Virus record (IMG/VR): IMGVR_UViG_2706796186_000001
Coordinates: 32,001-96,000 of that record
Length of the DNA: 64,000 nt
Direction: 5' to 3' (one strand)
Source: a virus
Taxonomy: Duplodnaviria > Caudoviricetes
In this document: in pieces, positions 63,922 through 64,000 of the stretch
Layout: each line of letters begins with the position of its first letter
Numbering within the stretch: the first letter of the stretch is position 1
Position numbers and translations under genes: made by a program
Notes under the pieces: generated by a model
Databases searched by the model: none
The model's input: the letters and a program-made list of their open reading frames with translations, nothing else
What the model was told of the DNA's origin: nothing

Positions 63922-64000
63922 ATGAAAGCAATTTATGCCGCTGGTAAGACCCAGCACATTATCGCCCCACACGACGAATGTTGCCCACACCTCCATCCGT
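63922..64000 (+). CDS. Start of a hypothetical protein, truncated by window end
   Basis: GAGG SD, MKAIYAAGKTQHIIAPHDECCPHLHP... Confidence 0.55.
   Translation, partial: MKAIYAAGKTQHIIAPHDECCPHLHP

Noticed and set aside
1-64000. Chimallin, PhuZ, terminase, tail sheath or prohead protease genes
   Set aside because: Not recognised in this window; nucleus-related ideas rest on family membership only

Overview
This window is from the conserved core of a phiKZ-related jumbo phage genome (Chimalliviridae-type). Gene order and AXE maturation motifs most resemble the enterobacterial SPN3US / phiEaH2 / Asesino group; that assignment comes from recalled family knowledge, not a database search. Genes present: three subunits of the split non-virion RNA polymerase, one virion RNAP subunit, an SF2 helicase, the exonuclease/motif-A half of the split family-B DNA polymerase, DnaB-like helicase, RuvC, DHFR, thymidylate kinase, major capsid, portal, internal head/ejection proteins, baseplate-type proteins, two GNATs, a SLOG/DprA-like protein, an XRE HTH protein and many ORFans. 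Regulatory signals are easy to read: about 19 intrinsic terminators (mostly cUUCGg loops) and six copies of a 22-bp early-promoter-like motif. The best new candidate is a programmed -1 ribosomal frameshift (T TTT TTC at 8903-8909 plus a downstream hairpin) that would fuse the 674-aa Cys-motif protein to the SD-less ORF 9014-9382, giving a G/GT-type tail-assembly-chaperone pair. Other leads: an unannotated early two-peptide operon including a membrane peptide with MgrB-like architecture, repeated terminator+promoter cassettes in front of accessory genes, a terminator/RBS-sequestering switch before the helicase, divergent gene pairs sharing palindromic or interleaved ribosome-binding sites, a probable virion-packaged M48-like protease, and NLS-like basic tails on two DNA enzymes. 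I saw no tRNA, rRNA, CRISPR array, intron or IS element. phiKZ/SPN3US gp numbers are from memory and synteny and should be confirmed by search.
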